NCBI RefSeq assembly: GCF_006345805.1
Contig: NC_042997.1
Location: forward strand, 11,036,001 to 11,100,000
DNA: 64,000 nt
Direction: 5' to 3'
From: Octopus sinensis
Taxonomy: Eukaryota
The notes under the pieces were generated by a model. It was not told where the DNA came from. It did not search any database and was given only the letters and a program-made list of their open reading frames with translations. The stretch's first letter is position 1. Every line of letters starts with the position of its first letter. The position numbers and the translations under genes are program-made. This document shows, piece by piece, positions 63,310 through 64,000 of the stretch.

Positions 63310-64000
63310 GTTTAGGGCAACAAACCCAGAGATTATAAACAAAGAGATGACTTCGTAGTTTGTATGATTGTTCAATTATTTCAAGTCATAGGGGAGAGAG
63401 AACAGCTACACATCAATTTAGAGAAAAGAAATGAAATTTTGACAGCATTATTAAATATGAATGATTAACAAACAAATGAATAAATTGCTAATTACATTCG
63501 CTCTCTGGGGAATATGTTTTAACAGATATATTGGAAAATATGATCATTCATTACATAGCAGAGTAAAACTATAGGCTGAATTTTAGAAAATACATTCTAA
63601 AATAAGTTCGATATTAGTGAAAAGATAAAAGATTCGGGAATGGGGAAAATGAATCGAAAGAAGAGAGAAATGAAGAGAAGATAGGAAAAGAAGGTGGTGG
63701 TGGGGGTCAAGTATAACAATACTGAGAGGGAAAGAGAGACAGACAGAGAAATAGAAACAAAGACAGAGAGAGTGAGAGAGACATGCGAATATGCAGACAG
63801 AGAGAGAAAGTGACATACAGAGAGCGAGAGAGAGAAGAGGAGGAACTGCAAGGAAAAGGAGCATTGAGCACCCATTGGTTAATTTCTGGCTGACGTAATA
63901 GACAATGCGGTTTTAGCAGACGATGAACGAAGGTTAAGATCAGTAAAATAACTGAACATTTGGCAACAGCGTTTAAGTAATCTTTCCAACACCTTGCTTC

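Overview
AT-rich, repeat-dense eukaryotic DNA. The SINE/LINE families resemble those I recall from Octopus genomes, so the organism call is an inference. One gene is clearly identifiable: a divergent 452-aa alpha-tubulin on the minus strand (exons 55147-54925 and 49985-48853, plus an unresolved ATG-only exon 1). It carries a natural Lys40->Gln change in a rewritten luminal loop. A probable first coding exon of an unidentified minus-strand gene lies at 24780-24675 in a CpG-rich zone. The rest is mostly mobile DNA: a near-full-length Dong/R4-type LINE between (TAA)n tracts, more Dong/R4, RTE and CR1 fragments, mariner, Penelope GIY-YIG fragments, non-autonomous Helitrons, hAT and TTAA MITEs, tRNA-derived SINEs, a 32-bp minisatellite and microsatellites. 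The most interesting signal is five otherwise dissimilar small elements (six loci), five of them foldbacks, each containing all or part of a minimal type I hammerhead ribozyme. One copy is intact with a U3:A8 core covariation (3285-3323), one is fused to a tRNA-like Pol III head (26921-27350), and in one the inverted arm ends at the predicted self-cleavage site (46566-46850). All alignments and pairings were done by eye; no searches were run.
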